Of a stretch of 64,000 nucleotides of DNA, positions 1-10,265 are shown piece after piece. The translations under genes and the position numbers were made by a program. The DNA lies in contig JASGHJ010000002.1 of assembly GCA_047602405.1 (NCBI GenBank), positions 864,001 through 928,000 on the forward strand, in the 5' to 3' direction. The stretch's first letter is position 1. The number at the start of each line of letters is the position of its first letter. This DNA comes from Anaeromyxobacteraceae bacterium. Its GTDB lineage: Bacteria; Myxococcota; Myxococcia; Myxococcales; Anaeromyxobacteraceae. The notes below the pieces were generated by a model. It was not told where the DNA came from and made no database searches. It worked only from the letters and a program-made list of their open reading frames with translations.

Positions 1-438
1 CTCGAGCTGGCGGCGGTCGAGGATGCGCAGGATGCCCTCGGTCACGGCGACGGCCGCGTGCTCGGGGTTCCGGCCGGTCGCGAAGGCGTTCGGGGTCGGC
101 GACGGGATGACGTACACGCGCGGCATCGGCATGCCGGCCTTGCGCGTGAGCTTCTCGACGCTCTCGAAGAGCTGCGGGGCCTCCTGGCGCGTCACCTCGC
201 GCGCCCGGTGCGCCATGAGCGCGATCCGGTCGGAGAACCAGTACGAGACGAAGTTGATGACGAGGCCGATGCCACCGAAGAGCAGCATCCCCCCGGTGCC
301 CCCGGCCATCTGCCCGCCGATGGCGAGCACGCCGATGAGGAGGCCCATGAGGGCGGCGGTCTTCAGGTAGTTCCGGCCGAAGCCGGGCTGGCTTCCCGAC
401 GGGATGCCGCGCACGGGGGTGGATTCGTTCCAGGCCAT
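1..438 (-). CDS. htpX: Zinc metalloprotease HtpX, N-terminal part (runs off window start)
   Basis: Own translation of minus strand from ATG at 438: NYLKTAALMGLL...NFVSYWFSDRIALM...MPMPRVYVIPSPTPNAFATGRNPEHAAVAVTEGILRIL, typical HtpX. Confidence 0.92.
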   Translation of the reverse strand, partial: MAWNESTPVRGIPSGSQPGFGRNYLKTAALMGLLIGVLAIGGQMAGGTGGMLLFGGIGLVINFVSYWFSDRIALMAHRAREVTRQEAPQLFESVEKLTRKAGMPMPRVYVIPSPTPNAFATGRNPEHAAVAVTEGILRILDRRQLE

Positions 439-577
439 GGCGTCCTTGTAACCACTGGCCGCCCAGCGTCAATCCGACCGGGGGTGCAAGGGCCTGGATC
501 CACGGTCGGTTTTTTCGCTCGAGGGGGATCCCCGTGATAAGGCTCGCGAAAGCGGGCGGTATCGCCCGGAGGTGGTG

Positions 578-2672
578 ATGGGGATGGCGGCCAAGAAAGT
601 GGCGGCGAAGGTGGCCCCGCCCTCGGCGAGCAAGAAGCCGGGGAAGGGGAAGGTGAAGGAGAAGGAGCAGCTCGAGCTCGTGAAGACGCCCCCGGCGAAG
701 AAGCCGGCCGCGGCGGCTCCCGCGCCCGCTCCGAAGGGGAAGGCCAAGGCGAAGGGGCCCGCGGCGCCGGAGCCCGAAGTCTCCGACGTCTCCGAGGTCG
801 GAGACGCGGCCTCCGAGCCCTCGGCCCGGACGCCGAAGCGCCGCGCCACCGCCGAGCAGATGGCGGCGAAGCAGCGCGAGATTCTCGATCTCCGAGTTCT
901 TCACGAAGAACCGCCACCTCCTCGGCTTCGACAACCCGTCGAAGGCGCTCCTCACGACCATCAAGGAGGCCGTCGACAACTCGCTCGACGCCTGCGAGGA
1001 GGCCGGCATCCTCCCCGAGCTCACCATCGAGGTGCGCGACCTCGCGCTCGACGCGAAGGGCGAGGGCGAGCTCACGAAGGGCGAGGGGCGCTTCGTGGTG
1101 GTCGTCGAGGACAACGGCCCGGGCATCGTGAAGGCCCAGGTGCCGAAGATCTTCGGCAAGCTCCTCTACGGCTCGAAGTTCCACCGCCTCAAGCAGTCCC
1201 GCGGCCAGCAGGGCATCGGCATCTCGGCGGCCGCGATGTACGGCCAGCTCACGACCGGCCAGCCCATCCGCGTGGTCTCCCGGACCGGCAAGGGCAAGCC
1301 GGCCCACTCGTTCGACATCCAGATCGACACCCGCAAGAACAACCCGGTCGTCACGCGCGACGAGGAGCTCGACGGCTGGCACCAGGAGCACGGCACCCGG
1401 GTCGAGCTCGAGATCGTCGCCAACTGGCAGCAGGGCCAGCGGTTCGTGAACCGCTACGTCGAGCACACCGCGCTCGCGAACCCGCACGCGACCGTGCACT
1501 ACGTCCGGCCGCGGCAGGAGAGGCTCAGCTTCCCGCGCGCCACCGAGGAGCTGCCCAAGGAGGCCGTCGAGATCAAGCCGCACCCGCACGGCGTCGAGCT
1601 CGGCGCGCTCATGCTGATGGCGGGCGACTCGAAGAGCCACGACGTGAAGGGGTTCCTGCAGACCGCCTTCAGCCGCGTCTCCGCCACCGTCGCGGACGAG
1701 ATCGTCCAGCGCGCGGGGATCAAGGGCAGGGTCCGCCCGCGCGACGTCGCGGAGGACCGCGACCTCGCGGCGCGCCTGCACAAGGCGCTCGGCGAGACGA
1801 AGATCATGAACCCGCCGACGAACTGCCTGTCGCCCATCGGCGACGAGCTCATGAAGCGGGGGCTCATCTCCTTCCTCAACGTCATCGAGACCGACGGCCC
1901 CGAGGAGGAGGAGCAGCTCGACCTCGACGGCGCCGCGAAGAAGAAGACGTCGAAGAAGGGGAAGGACGCGAAGGCCGCCGCGCCCGAGGTGCCCGACGCG
2001 CCGCCCGAGGAGGGCGTCGAGAAGATCAAGGGGCACAACTACTTCATCGCGACCGTCACCCGGCCGCCCAAGGTCTATCGCGGCAACCCGTTCCAGGTGG
2101 AGGTGGGCCTCGCGTACGGCGGCTCCTGGCCGGCCGACAAGCCCATCGAGCTCTTCCGCTTCGCGAACCGCGTGCCGCTGCTCTTCCAGAAGGGCGCCTG
2201 CGGCACCACCGATGCGATCGTGAAGACCGACTGGCGGAACTACCTCCTCTCGCAGCCGAAGGGCTCGCTGCCGGTCGGCCCGATGGCGCTCCTCGTCCAC
2301 ATCGCCTCGGTGTGGGTGCCGTTCACGAGCGAGGCGAAGGAGGCGCTCGCGCACTACCCGGAGATCATCCGGGAGATCCAGCTCGCGGCGCAGGAGTGCG
2401 GCCGCAAGCTCGCGACGCACATCCGCAAGAAGAAGCACATGGACTACCAGCTGCAGCGGCGCAGCATCTTCGAGCTCTACATCGAGGAGGTCGCGACCGC
2501 GATCGGCAAGATCACCGGCAAGGCGCGCGACGGCATCAAGCGCGACTTCATGCGGATCGCCGAGAAGGTCACCGAGGCCGAGCTCGAGCAGCAGGACGCC
2601 GAGCTCGAGAAGGCCGCCGAGAAGGTGTCGAAGTCGCCCCGCCGGGCCGCGAAGACTGACGAGGACGAATAG
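578..2672 (+). CDS. top6B: DNA topoisomerase VI subunit B (+1 frameshift at ~883, probably a sequencing error)
   Basis: Removing one base at 880-884 gives QREISISEFFTKNRHLLGFDN...KEAVDNSLDACEEAG; GHKL motifs EDNGPGI and SRGQQGIGIS; transducer motifs RFANRVPLL and VPFTSEAKE. Confidence 0.93.
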
Positions 2673-2675
2673 CCC

Positions 2676-3779
2676 ATGGCCCGCCTGAACGCCGTCGACA
2701 AGAAGACCATCGCGAAGATCGAGAAGCTCGCCGAGTCGGTGCTGAAGGCCACGAAGACCGGCAAGAACCCGTTCGTCGAGATCCCGATCCGGTCGCTCGC
2801 GAACGTCCGGTTCAACGAGAAGAAGCGGCTCATCGAGCTCGGCACCCAGCGCCAGAAGCGCTTCTTCTTCAACGTCTCGATGGCGAAGAAGTTCATGCAG
2901 ACCTTCCTCGTGTCGGAGGCCTGCCAGGAGCTCGTGGAGTCCGGCAAGACCACCAGCATCCGCGACCTGTACTACATGACGAAGCACACGGTCGGGGACA
3001 CGAAGCAGAACACCTTCGAGGAGCAGGACGAGTCCGACCCCATCATCGAGGACCTCGAGGTCTCGGTGGACGCGCTCCGCGAGGAGCTGCACCTCTTCGC
3101 CTCGCGCAAGGGCACGATGGTCGGCCCCATCACCATCCGGGACTCGGGCGACACCATCGACCTGCGCAGGATGGGCTCCGGCGGCTGGGGTGTCCCCTCG
3201 ATCGTCGAGGAGAACGTCATCGAGTTCGGCAAGCACGAGGCGAAGTACGTGCTGCTCGTCGAGAAGGACGCGGTCTGGAGCCGCTTCAACGAGGACAAGT
3301 TCTGGAAGCGCCAGAGCTGCATCATCGTCCACGGCGGAGGCCAGCCGCCCCGCGGCGTGCGCCGCCTCGTGCGCCGGCTCAACGCCGAGCTGAAGCTCCC
3401 GGTCTACGTGCTCGTCGACAACGATCCGTGGGGCTTCTACATCTACTCGGTCGTCAAGCAGGGCTCGATCAACCTCGCCTACGAGTCGATGCGCATGGCG
3501 GTGCCCGACGCGCGCTTCATCGGGCTCTCCTCCTTCGACAAGCTCACCTACAAGCTGCCGTCCAACGTCTCCATCAAGATGGACGACGGCGACGTCTCCC
3601 GCGCGAAGCAGATGCTCGCCTACCCCTGGTTCCAGGCGAAGCAGTGGCAGCAGGAGATCCAGGAGATGGTGAAGTCGGGCGTGAAGTACGAGCTCGAGGC
3701 GCTGTCGCGCCGCGGCATCAGCTTCATCACCGAGGAGTACCTGCCGAAGAAGCTTCGCGAGCGGGACTGGCTGGAGTAG
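2676..3779 (+). CDS. top6A: DNA topoisomerase VI subunit A (Spo11-like)
   Basis: SIRDLYY catalytic Tyr, QDESD, TOPRIM motifs VEKDA and DNDPWG, ELEAL; starts 3 bp after top6B. Confidence 0.95.
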   Translation: MARLNAVDKKTIAKIEKLAESVLKATKTGKNPFVEIPIRSLANVRFNEKKRLIELGTQRQKRFFFNVSMAKKFMQTFLVSEACQELVESGKTTSIRDLYYMTKHTVGDTKQNTFEEQDESDPIIEDLEVSVDALREELHLFASRKGTMVGPITIRDSGDTIDLRRMGSGGWGVPSIVEENVIEFGKHEAKYVLLVEKDAVWSRFNEDKFWKRQSCIIVHGGGQPPRGVRRLVRRLNAELKLPVYVLVDNDPWGFYIYSVVKQGSINLAYESMRMAVPDARFIGLSSFDKLTYKLPSNVSIKMDDGDVSRAKQMLAYPWFQAKQWQQEIQEMVKSGVKYELEALSRRGISFITEEYLPKKLRERDWLE

Positions 3780-3850
3780 AAAGCGCTGCCGGAATACTGG
3801 ACCGCGGCCGGAGCCGCGGTGAGACTCCGGGACGAAAAGGAGGCCGATCC

Positions 3851-3979
3851 ATGGCCAAGAAGGGCAACCGCTCCAAGAAGAAGGTGTCGAACCGCTCGAA
3901 GGTGAAGCGTATCCAGGCGAAGCGGAAGCGCGGGCTCTCCATCAAGCGCAAGCGCCGCGCGAAGCGCAGCAACCGGTAG
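3851..3979 (+). CDS. 42-aa extremely basic small protein
   Basis: RBS AAAAGGAGG upstream; MAKKGNRSKKKVSNRSKVKRIQAKRKRGLSIKRKRRAKRSNR; host-like codon usage; terminator follows. Confidence 0.75.
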   Translation: MAKKGNRSKKKVSNRSKVKRIQAKRKRGLSIKRKRRAKRSNR

Positions 3980-4008
3980 CGCACCGCGTCCCGCACGCCG
4001 GGATGGCA

Positions 4009-4048
4009 AAGCTCGCCAGGGCCCGCGGCCCGGCGAGCTTCGTCTTTT
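4009..4048 (+). terminator. Probable intrinsic terminator
   Basis: AAGCTCGCC...GGCGAGCTT stem followed by CGTCTTTT. Confidence 0.6.
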
Positions 4049-4115
4049 CGGGGGTCCCCCGTCTCCGCCGCCGCCTCGCGGTGGCCACGCCGGGATGAGC
4101 GGAAGGGCCGGGCGG

Positions 4116-4805
4116 TCAGACGTCGTGCAGCCCGCCGCGGCCGCGGATGCCGTCGGGGCCGTCGATGCCGGGGCCGGTCGGGCAGTGCAGCTCGAGGCAG
4201 AGCGGGCAGTACACGAACCGCGTGCTCCCCGGCGGGACGGCCGCGAGCGACACCACGTAGTCCCACTCGCCGCTGCCGTCGTGGCGGACGGTCCGGCGGC
4301 AGCAGGTGCACTGCTCGACGGCGCCGTCGGGGCGGCGGTGCGCGTCGCCTTCGACGTCGAGGGGCGGGTAGACCTCGCCGAGCGGCAGCTCGCGCACGGT
4401 GCGGTGCACGACCGCGACCGCGACGAGCGCGCCCGCGGGCGACAGGATCGCCTCGAGCCGGGTGGCCACGAGCCGGGCGGTGGTGGCGTCGTTGGCCTCG
4501 GAGGTGTGGATGACCGCGCCGCCGGGGCCGTTGCCCGCGCGGCGCATGGCGCGGTGGAGGAGCACGGCGTGCACGCGCCGCGGGTCCTCGCCCTGGATGC
4601 CGTCGAGCCAGCGGGTGCCGACCACGCCCGCCGAGCCGGCGCGGGTGCCGCCGCCGTTCACCGACGCGAACCGGTCCCACGCCTCGTTCACGAAGAGGAC
4701 GACGCCGTCCGCGTCGAGCAGGCAGGCGGGCTCGTGCAGGCTCGCGAGCTGGTGCATCGCGTGCGCGAAGGGCGAAGGGCGGGCTGTGGCGGCACGGGCG
4801 GCCAT
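4116..4805 (-). CDS. PAS-domain protein with C-terminal Cys cluster (CxCC...CxxC)
   Basis: ACLLDADGVVLFVNEAWDRFA PAS signature; QCTCCRR...W...YCPLC; GGAGG RBS before ATG 4805. Confidence 0.7.
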   Translation of the reverse strand: MAARAATARPSPFAHAMHQLASLHEPACLLDADGVVLFVNEAWDRFASVNGGGTRAGSAGVVGTRWLDGIQGEDPRRVHAVLLHRAMRRAGNGPGGAVIHTSEANDATTARLVATRLEAILSPAGALVAVAVVHRTVRELPLGEVYPPLDVEGDAHRRPDGAVEQCTCCRRTVRHDGSGEWDYVVSLAAVPPGSTRFVYCPLCLELHCPTGPGIDGPDGIRGRGGLHDV

Positions 4806-4980
4806 CCCTCCTGGGGATTGCAGCCGCGGTGCCACGTCCAAGTGCCCGTGATGAGGGGACGTTCCATTCGGTACGGCCGACCCCGGGTCCCCTCCACCAC
4901 GTCCCGGGCGCGGCGGGGCGCGTGTGAGGGCAGGTGAGCCGCGTTGCGGGCGGGCCCGTCCGCGGGCAGATTCGCCGCCG

Positions 4981-5515
4981 ATGCCGCCCGCCATCGGGGC
5001 CACCGCCCCCGCCGCCAGCGCCCTCGACGCCCTCGCGCCCGAATCCGTCCGCGCCCGGCGGCGCGCCCGCCGTGGAGCTCGCCGCCCTCGCCGCGGGGGG
5101 GCCTCTCGTGCTCGCCTTCACGAAGCGTGACTGCGGGGCCTGCGTGGCGCTCGCGCCGGCGCTGCCGCGCCTCGCGGCGATCCCCGGCCTCGCGGTGGCG
5201 GTCGTCTCCCAGGACCCGCGCCCCGACGCCGCCGCCTTCGCGGCAGCGCACGGCTGGGCCGCGCCGCTGCGCGTGCTCGTCGACCCCGAGCCCTGGCCGG
5301 CCTCGGACGCGTGGGCCACGCTCGCGACGCCGACGGTCGTGCTCGTGGAGCGCGGCGGCCGGGTGGCGGAGGTGCTCGAGGGCTGGAGCCGCCGGGACGT
5401 GAACGCGCTCGCCGCGCGCGCCGCGGCGCTCGCCGGCGCCGCGCCGGTCGTGGTCTCGCCGCCCGGCGAGGGCCCCGACTTCCGCCCCGGTTGAAGCGCC
5501 CTCAACGCGCCGTAG
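4981..5515 (+). CDS. Thioredoxin-fold (TlpA/peroxiredoxin-like) protein, probable selenoprotein; +1 frameshift at ~5043
   Basis: CGAC motif; PTVVLVERGGRV; C-terminus FRPG-TGA-SALNAP-TAG with a SECIS-like hairpin. Confidence 0.7.
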
Positions 5516-5525
5516 GTGACGGCGC
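5507..5525 (+). promoter_or_regulatory. Putative bacterial SECIS hairpin
   Basis: GCGCCGT-AGGTG-ACGGCGC; loop begins 19 nt after the in-frame TGA at 5492-5494. Confidence 0.55.
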
Positions 5526-5541
5526 TCCAGTCAGGAGGGAC

Positions 5542-6357
5542 CTACAGCGCCCTGCGCAGCGCCGCCTGCGGGCCGAAGAACGCCCCGCAGCGGTCGAGGA
5601 AGCCGTCGAGCGCGGCGCGCGGGCCCGGCGCGAGGCGGCGCGAGAAGAGCGAGGGCAGCACCTGCCGCGCCTGCTCGGCGCTCTCGGCGTAGCCGTCCGG
5701 CGTGAGCGACCCCTCGACGAGGCGCCAGCGCAGGAAGAGCAGGAAGGTCTGCACCACGTCGCTCATGCAGTACGCGACGATCCGGTCGAGGTCGCCCGAC
5801 GCGTGCAGCGCGAGCACGTCCTCGCCGGCGACGTCCTCCTTGCCGGGAAGCCCCACGAGCTTCGCGTAGAGGTCGAGCGGGGCGGCCGCCGCGCCCGAGG
5901 GGCCGGCGAGCAGCTCCTTGAGATCGAAGTGGCCCGGGCCGCTGCCGCGGCGCGCGGGCGAGACCCACGGCGGCGCGGGCACGCCGTGCTTCAGGGAGCG
6001 CAGCTCGAGCACCGGCAGGTCGAACCCCTTGCCGTGGAAGCTCACGAGCGAGGCGCCGTCGAGGCGGGACCAGAAGGCCTCGAGGAACTCCGGCTCCGCC
6101 TCGCGACGCTCGGACCAGTCGGCGACGTCGACCACCCGGATGAGCCCGCCGTCCTCGACCGCCTCGAGCACGCAGGCGGCGATCGGCCGGTGGTAGGGCA
6201 GGGGGAGGAAGTCGCTCCGGCCGCCGGTGCGGGCCCGCCGCTCGGCCAGCACGTTGCGGAGCTTCTCCGGGTAGGGAAGCGACGGGTTGCCGTCGACCGC
6301 CGAGACGAGCGCCTCGTCCGGCACGGTCTCGAGGTCCAGGGTCAGGAAGCGCCGCAC
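5542..6357 (-). CDS. DEDD 3'-5' exonuclease, PolB-exonuclease-related
   Basis: ExoI LTLDLETVPD, ExoII SFHGKGFDLPVL, ExoIII YCMSDV. Confidence 0.85.
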   Translation of the reverse strand: MRRFLTLDLETVPDEALVSAVDGNPSLPYPEKLRNVLAERRARTGGRSDFLPLPYHRPIAACVLEAVEDGGLIRVVDVADWSERREAEPEFLEAFWSRLDGASLVSFHGKGFDLPVLELRSLKHGVPAPPWVSPARRGSGPGHFDLKELLAGPSGAAAAPLDLYAKLVGLPGKEDVAGEDVLALHASGDLDRIVAYCMSDVVQTFLLFLRWRLVEGSLTPDGYAESAEQARQVLPSLFSRRLAPGPRAALDGFLDRCGAFFGPQAALRRAL

Positions 6358-6554
6358 GGAACGAAGGGTGCCAGGGGGGTCTGACAAGCCCAGACCTTCA
6401 GGCTTTTCCGATTGGACCCTTCGGGGTTTGACACGGAGCGGCAAAAATTCGAGTATCTTGACGCTATGCGGCAATGACGCACGGTCAGTATGCGCCGCGC
6501 ACGCTTCAACACGCCGGCACGCGCCGGCAGCCGAGCAAGAAAGGGAACGAGACC

Positions 6555-7037
6555 ATGGCCGTCACGATGAGCGAGCTTCCGAAGGGCAAGGAGCTGAACG
6601 CGATGCTGAAGAACCAGATCGCGAACCTGCAGCAGACCCTCTCCACGCTGGAGACCGAGGCCCGCGGCCGCCTCCGCGGCGTGCTCGAGAACGGCAACAC
6701 CCGCCTGCTCGAGCTCGACGGTGCGCTCGCCAAGGTCTCGAAGGACGACTTCACCGCCGCCGCGCTCAAGAAGCAGCTCGACGGGCTCCGTCACAAGGCC
6801 GAGGGGCTGCGCGACGACGCGATGAAGAAGGTCGAGGACGTCCCCGCCCAGGCGGTCGAGAAGCTCGTCACCTCCACCCGCGCGCCGATCCAGAACCTCG
6901 CGAAGAGCCTCGCCGACTTCGCGAAGAAGCTCGAGGCCGCGGCGCCCGTGAAGAACGGCACGAAGAAGGCCGTGAAGGCGGCGGCCGAGAAGGCCGAGAA
7001 GGTCGCCGAGAAGGTCGAGAAGTCCGTCACCGCGTGA
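6555..7037 (+). CDS. Helical/coiled-coil protein with Lys/Ala-rich tail (possibly phasin-like)
   Basis: Strong host codon bias; amphipathic helices; KKAVKAAAEKAEK tail. Confidence 0.55.
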   Translation: MAVTMSELPKGKELNAMLKNQIANLQQTLSTLETEARGRLRGVLENGNTRLLELDGALAKVSKDDFTAAALKKQLDGLRHKAEGLRDDAMKKVEDVPAQAVEKLVTSTRAPIQNLAKSLADFAKKLEAAAPVKNGTKKAVKAAAEKAEKVAEKVEKSVTA

Positions 7038-7134
7038 GCGGGGTGACTTCGGCCGGGACTCCCGCGAGCCCCGGCAGCCGCGAAGGGCCGGGAGATCTCC
7101 TCCCGGCCCTTCCTGTTCCGGGACGCGGGGCGCG

Positions 7135-7995
7135 CTACGGCTTCGTCACCCCGAGCTCGCTCGCCGCGCCGGCACCCTTCGCGGTGAGCAGCATCGTGTA
7201 GTGCGCCGGGTCGGCCTTGCCGTCGTCGTCCGGCTTCGCGCCCGTGTGGATCGTCTTCACGTTGCCGCCCGGGACCGTCTCGGCGAGGAACCACTCGACC
7301 GAGCCGCCCGCCGCGTCGCCGAAGACGACGTGGCGCGCCTTGTACGTGCCGGCCGGCACGGTGACGGTGACGACGCCCTTCGTCGCGCCCTTGATGCTCT
7401 CCGGGGTCAGGCGCTGCGGCGGGACGTAGTACGTCTGCTGCGTCACCGGCATCTCCTTGCCCTCCTTCTCGTTGGGCATCTTGGCGCGCATGCGACGGAG
7501 CGTGTAGTCCTTCTTGTCGAAGAGGGCCTCGAGGATCATCGTCGACTCCTCGGGCTTCTTGGGGTCGGCGACGTACTTCACCTTCCACCACGTCGCGCCG
7601 CCCTCGTCGAACAGGTAGGCGCGCTCGAGCGTCATCTCCTTCGCCTCGTCGCCCGAGGCCTTCTCGTTCGGGATCGACCAGCGGGTCCACTCGCCGGGCT
7701 TGTACGGCGTCTCCTCGAGCGAGTAGCCGCCCTGCGAGAACGCCATCGCGAAGATGAACTGCATGTAGAACTGCATCATGTACGGCGACATCGTCGCGCC
7801 GACCTTCGCGGCGGCGGCGTTGCCGACCTGGTTGCCGACCTGATCGCCGACGCGATCCGAGGCGGTGCCGACGGCGCGATCGGTGATGCGGCCGACGATG
7901 CCGCCTGCCGACGGGATGCCGAAGCAGGCGGTGAGGGAGAGGGCGGCCGCGAGGGCGGCGATGGTGAGCGTCGAGGACGGTGACGTGAGGCGCAT
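7135..7995 (-). CDS. Hypothetical lipoprotein
   Basis: Signal peptide with lipobox LTAC; VTVPAGTYKA motif. Confidence 0.7.
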   Translation of the reverse strand: MRLTSPSSTLTIAALAAALSLTACFGIPSAGGIVGRITDRAVGTASDRVGDQVGNQVGNAAAAKVGATMSPYMMQFYMQFIFAMAFSQGGYSLEETPYKPGEWTRWSIPNEKASGDEAKEMTLERAYLFDEGGATWWKVKYVADPKKPEESTMILEALFDKKDYTLRRMRAKMPNEKEGKEMPVTQQTYYVPPQRLTPESIKGATKGVVTVTVPAGTYKARHVVFGDAAGGSVEWFLAETVPGGNVKTIHTGAKPDDDGKADPAHYTMLLTAKGAGAASELGVTKP

Positions 7996-8068
7996 GGTGA
8001 CCCTTTCCAGGAGAGGAGACGAGCGGTCCCCCTGGTACTCCGGGCTGCCCGGTCGGGCAATCCCGTAG

Positions 8069-9241
8069 TTAGGGAGCGGGCGGCGATCCGTCCGGACGTG
8101 GGAGGCCCGGACGGGGCGCGGCCGGGCGTTCCTCGCCCGTCCATGCGCGTTCGAGCGCAGCCCGGAGCGCCCTGCGCGCGGGCCGCTCGAGGAGCCGGGT
8201 GGCGGCGACGGACGCGGCGCAGGCGCAGGCCGTGAAGACCGCCACGTACGGCGCGCCCGCGCGCTCGGTCGCCGGCGGCACGAGCGCGTGCGCGAGGCGC
8301 CAGAGGGGCTCCTGGAGCGCGTAGAGCGCGAAGCTCGCGTCCCCGAGGGCCACCGCGGGGCGGCTCGACAGGGTGCGGGCGAGCGCGCCCTCCTCTCGCA
8401 CGAGCGCGAGCACCACGACCGCGAAGAGCGGCGCGAGCGCGCCGTTGTGCAGGAGCACGTAGGGCACCCCGCCCCACGCGAGCAGGGCGAGCACCGCGAG
8501 GAGCGCCGGCGCGGCCGCCCCGGCGGGCGCGCGGATCGCGCCGCGCGCGTGCAGGAGCCCGAGCACCACGCCGGCGAGGAACTCGCCCGCGCGCGCCACG
8601 GGGTGGAACTTGAGCGCCTCGAGCCAGCGCGGCTCGCCCCAGCCGAAGTCGGTGACGGGGCCGTCGGGCTGGAGCGCGAGCCACGCGAGCGGGAAGGCGA
8701 GGCTCGCGGCCCACGCGAGCGCGAGCGCGACGCGCAGGCCCCGCGTGGAGAGGCGCGAGAGGCGCGCCGCCGCGAACGGGAACGCCGCGTAGAAGGAGGC
8801 CACGACCGACGTGGACCAGCCCGGCGGGTTCCACAGCCGCGCGATCGGCGGCGCCCACGCGTGCAGGAGCGCGAGCGACGCGGCCCCCACGAGCGCCGCC
8901 TTGCCGGCGCCGGCCGCGCCGCCGTCGGCCCAGCGCTCGAGCGCGAACGGCGCGGCGAGCGCGAAGGCGAGGAGGTACGCCGGGTAGAGCCGCGCGGCGC
9001 GCGCGATCCAGAAGGAGCGGCGCGCGGCGCCCTCGAGCGGCGCCGGGTGCGCCCGCGCGAGCACGAACCCGGAGAGCACGTAGAAGAGCCCGACCCAGAC
9101 GTGCCCGCCCGCGCGGACGCGCTCGGCCCACTCCGGGAGCGCGGCGAGCCCGCCGGCGTAGTGGAACGCCACGATCGCGAGCGCCGCGGCCGCGCGCAGC
9201 CCCGTCAGCGCCGACACCCCTCGCGGCCCCGTGCCCCCCAC
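8069..9241 (-). CDS. Acyltransferase family 3 (OafA-like) membrane protein
   Basis: LTGLRAAAALAIVAFH, GLFYVLSGFVL, RAARLYPAY, GDASFALY motifs; appears fused to the SDR in the ORF track only because of a frameshift. Confidence 0.85.
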   Translation of the reverse strand: MGGTGPRGVSALTGLRAAAALAIVAFHYAGGLAALPEWAERVRAGGHVWVGLFYVLSGFVLARAHPAPLEGAARRSFWIARAARLYPAYLLAFALAAPFALERWADGGAAGAGKAALVGAASLALLHAWAPPIARLWNPPGWSTSVVASFYAAFPFAAARLSRLSTRGLRVALALAWAASLAFPLAWLALQPDGPVTDFGWGEPRWLEALKFHPVARAGEFLAGVVLGLLHARGAIRAPAGAAAPALLAVLALLAWGGVPYVLLHNGALAPLFAVVVLALVREEGALARTLSSRPAVALGDASFALYALQEPLWRLAHALVPPATERAGAPYVAVFTACACAASVAATRLLERPARRALRAALERAWTGEERPAAPRPGLPRPDGSPPAP

Positions 9242-9294
9242 CTCCGGAAATCTGCGGCGAGGCCCGTCCGCCCGGCAGGGCCCGCCGCGGCCGG

Positions 9295-10180
9295 TCACGC
9301 GAGCGGGGACCCGCCGGTCACGCCCACGATCTCCCCGCTCACGTAGCGGGCCTCGTCCGAGGCGAGGAACACGAAGACGGGCGCCACCTCGGCCGGCTGC
9401 CCGGCGCGCTCGAGCGGCGCGCTCTCGCCGTGCTTCTCCACCTTCTCCTCCGGGAACGACTGCGGGATGAGGGGCGTCCAGAATCGGGCCGGGTGCGACC
9501 CCGTTCACGCGGACGCCCCGCTTCGTGAGCTCCTGCGCGAGCCCCTGCGTGAAGGTCCGGATCGCGCCCTTCGTGGCCGCGTAGTCGAGGATCTGCGGGT
9601 TCGGCCGGTAGGCCTGGATGGAGGTCGTGTTGATGATCGAGGCGCCGGGCGCGAGGTGGGGCAGGGCGTGCCGGACGAGCGCGAACATCGCGAGGATGTT
9701 CACCCGGAACGTGCGCTCGACCCGCGCGGCGTCGAGCGCCTCGGCGTGGTCCACCGCGCGCCCCTGGAAGGCGGCGTTGTTGACGAGCACGTCGAGCCGG
9801 CCGAAGCGCTCGACGGTCCGCGAGACGAGCCGGGCGCACACCTCGTCGAGGTCGGGGCCGCCGAGGTCGCCCGCGAGCGCGAGCGCGCCGCGCCCGGCCC
9901 CCTCCACGAGGCGCACCGTCTCCTCCGCGTCCTCGTGCTCGTCGAGGTAGGCGATCGCGACGTGCGCGCCCTCGCGGGCGTACGCGAGCGCCACCGCCCG
10001 GCCGATGCCGCTGTCGCCGCCGGTCACGAGCGCGACCTTGCCCTCCAGCCGGCCGTGGCCGCGGTAGCTCGCCTCGCCGAAGTCCGGCCGGGGCGACATC
10101 CTGGCCTCCGAGCCGGGGCTCGCCTGCTGCTGCCTCGGGAACGGCGGCTGCCGCTCGGCCTTCCTGGGATCCTTCGTCAT
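9295..10180 (-). CDS. SDR oxidoreductase (YghA/general-stress type); +1 frameshift at ~9482
   Basis: TGGDSGIG, NNAA, YAATK; corrected frame gives PGPIWTPLI...YVSGEIVGVTGG. Confidence 0.9.
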
Positions 10181-10265
10181 CCCCCACGATAGGGCGCCCG
10201 AAGCAGTGCGGCCCCGCGCGAGTCGCGCGGGGCCGCGGAGGCTGCCTCGTGGCCGGTCGGGCGGC

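Noticed and set aside
8069..10180. 703-aa SDR-acyltransferase fusion in the ORF track
   Set aside because: Produced by the +1 insertion at 9481-9485; the corrected SDR stops at 9295
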